Made by a program: the position numbers and the translations under genes. This document shows positions 18,001 through 25,909 of a stretch of DNA of 31,704 nucleotides, in pieces. The DNA comes from a virus: positions 89,311 to 121,014 of IMG/VR virus record IMGVR_UViG_3300000970_000007, one strand, 5' to 3'. A model generated the notes under the pieces. The model was not told the DNA's origin. It saw only the letters and a program-made list of their open reading frames with translations, and ran no database searches. Numbering within the stretch: position 1 is the stretch's first letter; every line of letters begins with the position of its first letter.

Positions 18001-18987
18001 CTATTTTTTAATTATAGTCCAACCTTCATAATCATTCTTTTTAATTTTTATATTTTTTCTAAAAGCATAAGTAAAAGTATTTACAGGTAAATTAAGCTCC
18101 TTTAGTTTTTCCTTTAAATTAGCTTTAAATGAATGAACCAATTCACCTTCCTTATTATATATTTCATAGTAATAAGGAAGTTTTTTACCTCTATTATTGG
18201 GATTTCTAAATACTGAAGTTTTAGATTTTAATTCTTTTAGCCTAGTTTTTTGTTCTTTTTTATTTTTTGTATATTCTTTTATATCTATTCTAGTTTTATT
18301 GGAGTATAAAGCATACCAGTCTTTATACTTATTAAAGTGTATATTTTTAGATCTTTGAGAATTATATATAGGAATTCCATTTTTTTGTAAAGATTTAATA
18401 AGAACTCTTTCTGGTAACCCATGCTTACTGCACAATTCTTTAAAATTTTGTCTCTTACATGTATATTTTAGAACATTGTTAGCATTGAAAATATGTATAT
18501 CATTTAAATTAGTGTTAGGATTTATATATCCGTTTTTATAATTTTCTTTTTGTTTCCTAGAAGATTTTATACCTATATCTTTAAAAACATTGTCTCCATA
18601 TAGCTTAACCATTGTGTTAATTCTTTTTTTAGATACTTCAATTAAATCCTTATTCTTTAAAGTAGTTTTCATTTTTAAAATAGCTTGCTTAAATTTTTCA
18701 CCACATAGTTTAGAAATAGCTATACCTCCCAAATTTAAGTTATAGGTGTCTGATCTATTTATAAAGTCTTTATTAACTAGCTCTTTTTCCATATTTACCA
18801 TTTCTTTACGAGATAGAAATATATGAAGTACTTCTTTGTTAAAGTTTTGTTTTCCATACTTTTTAATAGCCTTTTTGAGTAACTTACCAGAACCTAAGTA
18901 AGAATCATAGGGGTTTGTAGCTTGATGCAAACCTATATAAATTTTATTATTTATTAAATTAGTTGTTTTATAAATGGTGTAGTACAT
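18001..18987 (-). CDS. Seg-like GIY-YIG homing endonuclease
   Basis: TIYKTTNLINNKIYIG...YLGSG..LKKAIKKYGKQNF...YNL and a basic modular C-terminal region. Antisense to its neighbours. Confidence 0.9.
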   Translation of the reverse strand: MYYTIYKTTNLINNKIYIGLHQATNPYDSYLGSGKLLKKAIKKYGKQNFNKEVLHIFLSRKEMVNMEKELVNKDFINRSDTYNLNLGGIAISKLCGEKFKQAILKMKTTLKNKDLIEVSKKRINTMVKLYGDNVFKDIGIKSSRKQKENYKNGYINPNTNLNDIHIFNANNVLKYTCKRQNFKELCSKHGLPERVLIKSLQKNGIPIYNSQRSKNIHFNKYKDWYALYSNKTRIDIKEYTKNKKEQKTRLKELKSKTSVFRNPNNRGKKLPYYYEIYNKEGELVHSFKANLKEKLKELNLPVNTFTYAFRKNIKIKKNDYEGWTIIKK

Positions 18988-19114
18988 ATTATTTTATTTT
19001 AGAAAAATACTTTATAACAAAAATACACAATAGTATTTATTTATAAAAATTTGTTAAAAAATATTTTTTATTAAAATAAATAAGATTGAATTAGTTTTAT
19101 TAAAAACTATTACC

Positions 19115-19122
19115 TAGATTTG
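19115..19122 (+). promoter_or_regulatory. Bacteroidota-type -7 promoter element
   Basis: TAGATTTG within a leader nearly identical to that at 11003-11055. Confidence 0.7.
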
Positions 19123-19151
19123 TAATCAAATATAAATAAAAACCAATAATT

Positions 19152-19511
19152 ATGAGTCAAGAAGAAGTGAGAGCACAACAAGAAAAAGTTTATCAAGAAA
19201 CTTTAAAACAAATGGAAGTATTAGCCAAAAAAGTACAAGATGATAAATACAAGGAACAAGGTTATGATTCTGGAACTACAGTAGAAATTCCTTCTGAATT
19301 ATTCACACAAATCACTAACTTATTATCACAGTATTCAGTATCTAACCGTTCTGCAATGCAGGTTAATGAAGCTATGGAAATGGCATTAGCACCAGTTAAC
19401 TTACAACTAATGGAAGCACATTTAGATAATGTAGATAAAGGTAAGACAGTTTCTTTTAAAGAATTAGATAGAAAAGATGCTAAAGCTAAAATTAAAGAAG
19501 TTAAGAAATAA
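19152..19511 (+). CDS. Hypothetical protein
   Basis: 119-aa ORF with its own promoter and terminator. Confidence 0.85.
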   Translation: MSQEEVRAQQEKVYQETLKQMEVLAKKVQDDKYKEQGYDSGTTVEIPSELFTQITNLLSQYSVSNRSAMQVNEAMEMALAPVNLQLMEAHLDNVDKGKTVSFKELDRKDAKAKIKEVKK

Positions 19512-19608
19512 TTAAATAAAGAACCTGAACTCACTTAGAATAGTGATACTTTAAAATACGTCTCCCAATCTTAGACAGGTAGAAACGGAGAATATTTATT
19601 TAATTTAG

Positions 19609-19634
19609 AAAAAGAGGCTTTATGTCTCTTTTTT
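19609..19634 (+). terminator. Intrinsic terminator
   Basis: AAAAGAGGC-TTTAT-GTCTCTTTTTT. Confidence 0.65.
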
Positions 19635-19637
19635 GTT

Positions 19638-19645
19638 TATATTTG
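19638..19645 (+). promoter_or_regulatory. -7 promoter element, leaderless arrangement
   Basis: TATATTTG lies 4 nt before the ATG at 19650. Confidence 0.55.
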
Positions 19646-19649
19646 AATC

Positions 19650-19898
19650 ATGAACAGACTTAATAAAGAATTTGAAATAGTAGATGTTAAACCTATAGGA
19701 GCTAGAAGAGTATCAATTAGAGTTAAAGGTAGGTTAAAACAAAAAACTATTTTAGCTAAATTTGATAGAATATTTGGACACAATCATGGTTACTTACAAG
19801 GATTCTTGTATAATCCAATTTTCAAAACAACAAGTATGACAATACAACTTTGTAGTTTAGAAGAAAGATTTAATTATGAAAACAGTAGTATTAATTAA
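19650..19898 (+). CDS. Hypothetical protein
   Basis: 82-aa ORF. Confidence 0.7.
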   Translation: MNRLNKEFEIVDVKPIGARRVSIRVKGRLKQKTILAKFDRIFGHNHGYLQGFLYNPIFKTTSMTIQLCSLEERFNYENSSIN

Positions 19899-19908
19899 AA
19901 ATAATTAT

Positions 19909-19916
19909 TATATTTG
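19909..19916 (+). promoter_or_regulatory. -7 promoter element, leaderless arrangement
   Basis: TATATTTG lies 4 nt before the ATG at 19921. Confidence 0.55.
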
Positions 19917-19920
19917 AATT

Positions 19921-20295
19921 ATGGAGAATTATAAAATAATAGAGACGAATATATTAAAAAGTACACAGGAGGTTGACCATCCTGGTATAGATAATGCTTT
20001 CTTTGGTATAAATATAAAAGAACATTTGGTTGATCTTTTTAATGATCAGATGAAACCAATAATCAAAAATGAATTTGATTTTGATTGTTTTTTCTCTAGA
20101 GCCAGGATAAAAATAAAAGGTGCTAATCTTGATATGTCATTTTCTATTTTACATTCTGCTATAAAATGTAATGGGTTTTATACGTATTATGTTAAAATAA
20201 ATGACTGTAAAGCAAAAAAATATTCGTTTATTCAAGGTTTTAATGATTTAGTAGCTAAAGAAGTACCCTTGACAATATTGATTCCAACAAAATGA
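19921..20295 (+). CDS. Hypothetical protein
   Basis: 124-aa ORF. Confidence 0.7.
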   Translation: MENYKIIETNILKSTQEVDHPGIDNAFFGINIKEHLVDLFNDQMKPIIKNEFDFDCFFSRARIKIKGANLDMSFSILHSAIKCNGFYTYYVKINDCKAKKYSFIQGFNDLVAKEVPLTILIPTK

Positions 20296-20317
20296 TAAAA
20301 TAATCTAAACTAATATA

Positions 20318-20503
20318 ATGAAACTAACTGAACAAGAAATTAAAGACTTATGTATGGATACTGAGGATCCTAACTTATTAATGAGAAAACTATTCAATGA
20401 AGATGTAGACTCATATGGTAGACCTTATAAACTTATGTTTAAAATTAATCAAATATACAATAGAGCAGTGTCTGAAGGATTCATGGATGCAATGTGTAAA
20501 TAA
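20318..20503 (+). CDS. Hypothetical protein
   Basis: 61-aa ORF. Confidence 0.65.
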   Translation: MKLTEQEIKDLCMDTEDPNLLMRKLFNEDVDSYGRPYKLMFKINQIYNRAVSEGFMDAMCK

Positions 20504-20638
20504 AATAAAATATGGAAAAGAATTAAATTACTTAACAGAAAGATTGGAAACTACAGAATATTTGAAAGACTATTATGAAGTAAAAGGAAATCATTATTAT
20601 AATAGATATGAAGAAGAAACTACTAAAATAAAGTAACC

Positions 20639-20809
20639 ATGGTAACTAAATTTTTATACAATACCCTTTTAGAACTATACATTATATTAAGTATATTAAT
20701 ATGAGCTTTAGTAGCTTTAACTATGATAATTCCGTTTTTTTGGAATATTGAAAGAGACTATTTTAATATAAAACCATTTATAGAAGACATGAAGTCTAAT
20801 AAAATATAA
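20639..20809 (+). pseudogene. Small membrane protein gene with an internal TGA
   Basis: MVTKFLYNTLLELYIILSILI*ALVALTMIIPFFW...; the TGA at 20702-20704 lies inside a hydrophobic helix. Confidence 0.5.
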
Positions 20810-20816
20810 TGAAACT

Positions 20817-21353
20817 ATGAAAAAACCACCTATAGAAAGATTAACCATTGAGTTAAACGAATTAACTGAATCAGTAAATATTGCTGATGAGATAGCTAGA
20901 AAATATACAGAAAACTCTGATATTACTGAAATAACATTCTTTGAGTCTTGTAAAATAGAATTGAATAATATTATGGTTGAACTATCCTCTTACTATGCTA
21001 GATTTAGAGCAGCTAATGACTATTATGATCAATATAGAAAACAAGTTAAGGCTGAACGCTTAGAATATTTATTAGATGAAGTTGGTATGAATACTACCAA
21101 AGCAAAAGAGTTAGTATATAGTGAAGAAGTCTATAAAGAGTTCCTAAAAGAATTTAACATGGTTAAAAGAATTTACTTTATGGTGTCCAGGAAGTATTCT
21201 TTATATGAAGCTACTATGCAAAATATAAAACAAACTATTGCTAATCTAAAAAGAGAACAGCAGTACGAGAACGAATTGAAAGTATTTAGTGAAAAATTAG
21301 ATAGTTTTGAGAAAGTTATAAATAAAGCAAAGAAACTATTTAATATAAAATAA
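20817..21353 (+). CDS. Helical hypothetical protein (possibly a UvsY-like recombination mediator)
   Basis: 178-aa coiled-coil ORF. The functional guess is weak. Confidence 0.7.
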   Translation: MKKPPIERLTIELNELTESVNIADEIARKYTENSDITEITFFESCKIELNNIMVELSSYYARFRAANDYYDQYRKQVKAERLEYLLDEVGMNTTKAKELVYSEEVYKEFLKEFNMVKRIYFMVSRKYSLYEATMQNIKQTIANLKREQQYENELKVFSEKLDSFEKVINKAKKLFNIK

Positions 21354-21587
21354 ATGAACTTAGAAGAAATAGTAAAAAGACCTCATAAAGAAATGGTCAA
21401 TCAAAGAGAGATGGGATTTGTTATAGAACAATATATCTTAGAAAGAAAAGGTAAAACTGTAAAAGTAAATATTGAAAAGAATAATACAATTATTCCTAGA
21501 GTATTTCATTTAAACGATCAAGTACCTAAATTAATAGATGCTTTTATAGTTGCAAGTAGTTGGTTAAAGGTTAATAAATATAAATAA
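21354..21587 (+). CDS. Hypothetical protein
   Basis: 77-aa ORF abutting the previous stop. Confidence 0.75.
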   Translation: MNLEEIVKRPHKEMVNQREMGFVIEQYILERKGKTVKVNIEKNNTIIPRVFHLNDQVPKLIDAFIVASSWLKVNKYK

Positions 21588-21589
21588 TT

Positions 21590-21808
21590 ATGGAAAATAA
21601 GGTAACAATTGAAATAACAGAGTTTGGTTGGGAAACTAAAGTAAATTTAGACGAGAAACAATACATTGAAAAACATGAGAGAACTTCTTTCGGAAGTAGT
21701 GGAGTATTTGGAAACTTTGAAGATGAGGAAAATTTACCAGATGGACTTTACGATGCTTTGCTCGATGGCTGCCCATATGATATTATGAGAGAATTGGGAA
21801 ACATTTAG
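21590..21808 (+). CDS. Hypothetical protein
   Basis: 72-aa acidic ORF. Confidence 0.7.
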   Translation: MENKVTIEITEFGWETKVNLDEKQYIEKHERTSFGSSGVFGNFEDEENLPDGLYDALLDGCPYDIMRELGNI

Positions 21809-21816
21809 GAATTAAT

Positions 21817-21999
21817 ATGACAATACTAGAATTAAAAGACAATAGAGTATTTTACACAAAAGAAACTCTTCAAGAAATAGCAACTAAACTAGGAAACAAT
21901 TCCGAATTTATAACTGTTATTGTTTCAGAAGGTAATGAAAATTGTTATAGAGGTTTTAATATGATAATTAATAAAACAGAGATAAAAACAATAATGTGA
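21817..21999 (+). CDS. Hypothetical protein
   Basis: 60-aa ORF with a GTGA overlap with the helicase. Confidence 0.65.
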   Translation: MTILELKDNRVFYTKETLQEIATKLGNNSEFITVIVSEGNENCYRGFNMIINKTEIKTIM

Positions 22000-23378
22000 T
22001 TGATTATAAACAAAAATATCCTTTTCTAATTAACTACAAATACACTCCTAGAACTTATCAAATAGAAGCTGCTGAAAAAGCAGTAGAAACTCTCTTATCA
22101 AACGGTAAAGGAGTTTTAGTCTTAGGAACAGGGTCTGGTAAAAGCTTAATACAAAGTATAATAGCTGATATTCTACAAGAACCTTTGTTATTAATCGCTC
22201 CTAACAAAGAGTTAATACAACAAAATTTAGAAGAATGTTTAGAACAAGGTATCCCATTAGAAGATACTGCGGTTTACTGCGCAGGGCTTAAACGTAAAGA
22301 AGTAGGTAAGTTAACTTATGGGACAATTAAGTCTATGAAAGCTAATATAAATGCTTTTAAACACTTTAAATATGCTATAATAGACGAATGTCATATGGCT
22401 TCTAAAAAGAATGGAGAAATGTGGAAGTTTTTCAAAGAAATAGGGGTTAATAGTTATTGTGGGTTAACAGCAACTCCTTATAGAATTGATTACTTCATCA
22501 AAGGTCAGAAATTAGAGTTGATTACAGAGGGTAAAGCCAAGAGTTTTGATAACATTGCTTATAACCTAGATGTTCAAACAATACTTGATTTAGAAGTTTG
22601 GAGCAAAGTTAAATATGAGGTAATACCTTTTGACTCTTCAACACTAGTTCCTAAAACATCTTCAGATGAATACACAGAAGTTAGTATTCAGAAGGCTATG
22701 AAGTCTCAGAATGTTAATAATAATATTCTAGTTAAGGTTAGAAATCTTCTTAAAAATAATGCTAAAAGCATATTAGTATTCGTAGAAAGTTTAGAAGTAG
22801 CTGAAACATTCAAAAAGCATACTCCAGGATCAGAAGTAATTACTCATGAGACTAAAACAAAAGATCGTGAAAGGATAGTTAATGATTTTAAATCTGGTGA
22901 AATAAAAGTAATTTATAACTTAAATACCTTGACTACTGGTTTTGATTACAAGTCTTTAGAGTATGTGATACTAGGAAAACCAACTAGGTCTTTCATTAGA
23001 CATATTCAAACAATAGGTCGAGTAGTAAGAAAACATAAGGATAAGAAATTCGGAACTATAATTGATTTTGTAGGTAACATTAATAGGATGGGCACTCACT
23101 TAGAAACTAAGTTGATTAAAACTAACAACGCTGGGTATAAACTTGTTAAAGATAATATAGTGGTCAATGGTGTTTGGAAAAGAGGAGAACAGATTATAGA
23201 TGGTAATAACAATATGCAAAGAATGTTTAAAGCATTTGATGAATCAGTAGCAGGTTATAAACTAACCTTTGGTAAATTCCAAGGTAAAGCTCTACGGACT
23301 ATACCTAATTACTATTTGAAGTGGTTAATTACTACTGATGATTGTCCTAAAGAAGTTATTAAATATCTTGGTAACTAA
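21996..23378 (+). CDS. SF2 DExH helicase (UvsW/YejH-like)
   Basis: PRTYQ, GTGSGKS, DECH, TAT, TTGFD, QTIGRVVR and a C-terminal LTFGKFQGK...YLKWL minidomain. Confidence 0.92.
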   Translation: MIDYKQKYPFLINYKYTPRTYQIEAAEKAVETLLSNGKGVLVLGTGSGKSLIQSIIADILQEPLLLIAPNKELIQQNLEECLEQGIPLEDTAVYCAGLKRKEVGKLTYGTIKSMKANINAFKHFKYAIIDECHMASKKNGEMWKFFKEIGVNSYCGLTATPYRIDYFIKGQKLELITEGKAKSFDNIAYNLDVQTILDLEVWSKVKYEVIPFDSSTLVPKTSSDEYTEVSIQKAMKSQNVNNNILVKVRNLLKNNAKSILVFVESLEVAETFKKHTPGSEVITHETKTKDRERIVNDFKSGEIKVIYNLNTLTTGFDYKSLEYVILGKPTRSFIRHIQTIGRVVRKHKDKKFGTIIDFVGNINRMGTHLETKLIKTNNAGYKLVKDNIVVNGVWKRGEQIIDGNNNMQRMFKAFDESVAGYKLTFGKFQGKALRTIPNYYLKWLITTDDCPKEVIKYLGN

Positions 23379-23483
23379 CATTGTTCACTATATCTAAGAG
23401 TTCATGTACCTTGAACATGTGTAAAAATGAACAAGCCACCTACAAATTATAATTAAATTTTTAATTTATTTTCCTTGTGGTTT

Positions 23484-23514
23484 TTTGTTTAATAAGTTTT
23501 TATGTTTACATTTG
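23484..23514 (+). promoter_or_regulatory. Bacteroidota-type promoter
   Basis: TTTG-N19-TACATTTG, a full consensus match. Confidence 0.75.
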
Positions 23515-23529
23515 ATTAAAATAAAAATT

Positions 23530-23808
23530 ATGGATATAGATGAATACACAGAATTAGTAGGAATAAGAATCCAAGAATGGATTGAACATGCTTTAACATT
23601 TAAAGGTGGGTATAAAAGACATTGGGAAAGTGGAGAAAATTCTCATTTTGAAGAAGGTATGGTAGGATTTATACTTACTCAAAAAGGAGAAAGGTTATAT
23701 GATTCTTATGTAAGTAAAGCAGAGAGGTTAATACAAAATAAATATCCAGACGAGGAATACGGTCTATATACTAATGTAGAAGATTTTACAGGAATTATTT
23801 ACGCTTAA
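23530..23808 (+). CDS. Hypothetical protein
   Basis: ATG at 23530 after the promoter and an AAAATTATG leader. Confidence 0.75.
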   Translation: MDIDEYTELVGIRIQEWIEHALTFKGGYKRHWESGENSHFEEGMVGFILTQKGERLYDSYVSKAERLIQNKYPDEEYGLYTNVEDFTGIIYA

Positions 23809-23819
23809 AATAAAAAATT

Positions 23820-24155
23820 ATGAATAACATGAACGACTTAGAATTTAGAAAATTAGTAGAAGAGTTTAAAAAACATATTTTCGATTTAGAAATAGATGAA
23901 ACAATCTATTATGAAAAGCAATTCGGAGACTTCTTATTAACCTTTGAATATGACATATGGTGTAGTGATATATCTAAAGAGTATTTCTCATCAGTAGATT
24001 GTATAGAGGTTTACGATGTTGAAAAAGATGAGGAAGTCTATTTAACTAATTTACAATTAGACGAATTAGAAATAGAAGCTAAGAACTCTGTTTACTTAGA
24101 ATACGAAGAATACGAATCTCCAGAAGATTATTCATACTCTTACGGAGGTTTGTAG
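23820..24155 (+). CDS. Highly acidic hypothetical protein
   Basis: 111-aa Glu/Asp/Tyr-rich ORF; last gene of the plus-strand block. Confidence 0.75.
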   Translation: MNNMNDLEFRKLVEEFKKHIFDLEIDETIYYEKQFGDFLLTFEYDIWCSDISKEYFSSVDCIEVYDVEKDEEVYLTNLQLDELEIEAKNSVYLEYEEYESPEDYSYSYGGL

Positions 24156-24175
24156 TAGTCTACATTAATTGTAAT

Positions 24176-24210
24176 AAAAGGGATTAGTTAATAGCTATCC
24201 CTTTTCTTTT
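24176..24210 (+). terminator. Intrinsic terminator at the strand convergence
   Basis: AAAAGGGAT...ATCCCTTTT followed by CTTTT. Confidence 0.75.
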
Positions 24211-24230
24211 GTTACAAACTTTTACAAACG

Positions 24231-24269
24231 AAAAAACCCACACAACAGAGATTAATCTGAAGGTGGGTT
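24231..24269 (-). terminator. Intrinsic terminator for the minus-strand block
   Basis: Minus strand reads AACCCAC...GTGGGTTTTTT. Confidence 0.7.
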
Positions 24270-24302
24270 AAAATCATTTAGGTTAATTTTCTAGGTGGTC
24301 TT

Positions 24303-24647
24303 TCACCACCACTTTAATTGTAACCACCAACGTGAACTCTTTTTCTTATATAGTTCTTCCAAGGTTTTTTCTAGTTCTTTCTTTTTATTAATTATCTCAA
24401 TGAATCCCTCTGAATCTCTCAGTATTAATCTAGAAACCATTTTAAAAATATATCTTTGATCAATATTCCACTGAGCTTGTTTAGCATAATCTCCATTCAT
24501 GAATAAATAATTTTGTATATTAATTGAGAAATTTTCAAGTAATTTTACATGTTTATTTATTTCAAAATTTAAATCAGCTTCTTTACATTCTTTTTTTGTT
24601 TTGTAAAAACGTTTGTCTTTACCTTCAAATCCACATATTTCTTTCAT
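24303..24647 (-). CDS. Hypothetical protein
   Basis: 114-aa ORF. Confidence 0.75.
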   Translation of the reverse strand: MKEICGFEGKDKRFYKTKKECKEADLNFEINKHVKLLENFSINIQNYLFMNGDYAKQAQWNIDQRYIFKMVSRLILRDSEGFIEIINKKKELEKTLEELYKKKSSRWWLQLKWW

Positions 24648-24784
24648 AGTCTAAATAATTTTATAAATTCTCTTTTGTCTCTATAGTTAAAAAACAATAG
24701 GATATCTCTTTCCCTAGTTTTCTCTATTCTTGGGTTGTACTGCACTTCTATAACAAATACAATAAATAATATTAAATACATCAT
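24644..24784 (-). CDS. 46-aa hypothetical protein with hydrophobic N-terminus (not in ORF track)
   Basis: MMYLILFIVFVIEVQYNPRIEKTRERDILLFFNY...; fills the gap exactly with an ATGA overlap. Confidence 0.6.
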   Translation of the reverse strand: MMYLILFIVFVIEVQYNPRIEKTRERDILLFFNYRDKREFIKLFRL

Positions 24785-24788
24785 AATT

Positions 24789-25178
24789 TTATTTTAAATT
24801 AGCCAACCAATCTTCTATACTTTCTTCTTTTTGAAACTCACATTTTAAAGGCATCTTTTCTTGTATAATTTCTTCCCCGTTAAACTCAACATAACCAGGA
24901 GCTCCTCTACCATATTCTACTTTAGGAGGAAACATAAAGGTTTGTTTTTTAGTACATTTAAAACTATTACTACTTCTTAAATCATTATTTCCAAAAGTTT
25001 GAGGCTCTCCTTCATATTTTATTTCAATTTTTTCACAAAAATCACAATTAAAACAAGCCCTAATGTTGATAGGATTCATGGAACACTTTAACTCATGGTT
25101 GACCATAGCATGTTTTCTAAATAACTTCTTAGAGCAATATTCACATTGAAATACATCTATATTTTTTTTAACTATCAT
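24789..25178 (-). CDS. Cys-rich zinc-finger hypothetical protein
   Basis: CEYC...H...C and CFNCDFC. Confidence 0.75.
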   Translation of the reverse strand: MIVKKNIDVFQCEYCSKKLFRKHAMVNHELKCSMNPINIRACFNCDFCEKIEIKYEGEPQTFGNNDLRSSNSFKCTKKQTFMFPPKVEYGRGAPGYVEFNGEEIIQEKMPLKCEFQKEESIEDWLANLK

Positions 25179-25181
25179 ATA

Positions 25182-25553
25182 TTATCTAATTTCTATTTCT
25201 TCAATATAACACTTATTAAATTCATATAATTGATACCACCTGCTCCAATATTTACTATATTCTTCAGGAAGACAATTATCATCTCCTAAATCAGTATATT
25301 TTGGATCAAGCAGTAGTTTAGGATAACGATGTTCCTCAAAAGTTCTATAAAAATCTTTATAATTTTCAACCATTTTACTAAACTTCTTAACATAATTTTC
25401 TGCAACATTCTTATCAAATGTAACAAACATAGTTCCTTCATAGTAGTCATCATAACTACCTGTACTATATTTAACTATATAAGCTGTTTTTAACTTACTT
25501 AGATAAAATTTAGTATTATCTTGATCTTCTTGTTCATTGTATTCTTTAAACAT
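25182..25553 (-). CDS. Hypothetical protein
   Basis: 123-aa ORF. Confidence 0.75.
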   Translation of the reverse strand: MFKEYNEQEDQDNTKFYLSKLKTAYIVKYSTGSYDDYYEGTMFVTFDKNVAENYVKKFSKMVENYKDFYRTFEEHRYPKLLLDPKYTDLGDDNCLPEEYSKYWSRWYQLYEFNKCYIEEIEIR

Positions 25554-25563
25554 ACTTTTTAAT

Positions 25564-25905
25564 TTACTTTATGTACCCTAATGCTTCTTTTAAACCATTT
25601 TCTAAAGTTTCTTCATAACTACTATAGGTAAGAGCCATTTTATTAGGTATATCTTCACCTATTATTTTAATACTATTAAGATTTTCATAAGCCAATACAT
25701 TAACATAAATCTTATGTTTTTCTCTTAACCATTTTTGTAACAAACTTTGTGTTGGTCTAAAACAAGCACCCTCACTCAATCCTACACCCCATAAGTGATA
25801 AGTCCAAAGTTCTCCTTGTACATTATAGTACTTTTCACATTCAATATTAAACCTTTTTTCCTTGGCTAACAGAGCTGTTTTATATTTTACTAATTCCTCC
25901 TTCAT
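25564..25905 (-). CDS. Hypothetical phage protein
   Basis: 113-aa ORF containing PTQSLLQKWLREKH. Confidence 0.8.
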   Translation of the reverse strand: MKEELVKYKTALLAKEKRFNIECEKYYNVQGELWTYHLWGVGLSEGACFRPTQSLLQKWLREKHKIYVNVLAYENLNSIKIIGEDIPNKMALTYSSYEETLENGLKEALGYIK

Positions 25906-25909
25906 GTTT

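Noticed and set aside
1135-18987. Group I introns or inteins hosting the HNH and GIY-YIG endonucleases
   Set aside because: polA ends completely before the HNH gene, nrdA and nrdB are uninterrupted, and no P7 core or intein motifs were seen. Both nucleases look free-standing.
1059-19534. Antisense ORFs in the track (1059-1280, 6381-6623, 6742-7032, 8977-9243, 10723-10929, 12301-12546, 13592-13837, 19262-19534)
   Set aside because: They are shadows of well-supported genes on the opposite strand and have no recognisable motifs.
19520-19595. Hammerhead ribozyme suggested by CTGAA and GAAAC
   Set aside because: There is no CUGANGA core, and the stem order does not fit the hammerhead consensus.
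20415-20636. 73-aa ORF as given in the track
   Set aside because: It overlaps 20318-20503 heavily. Only a shorter version from about 20487 is plausible, and it could not be supported further.
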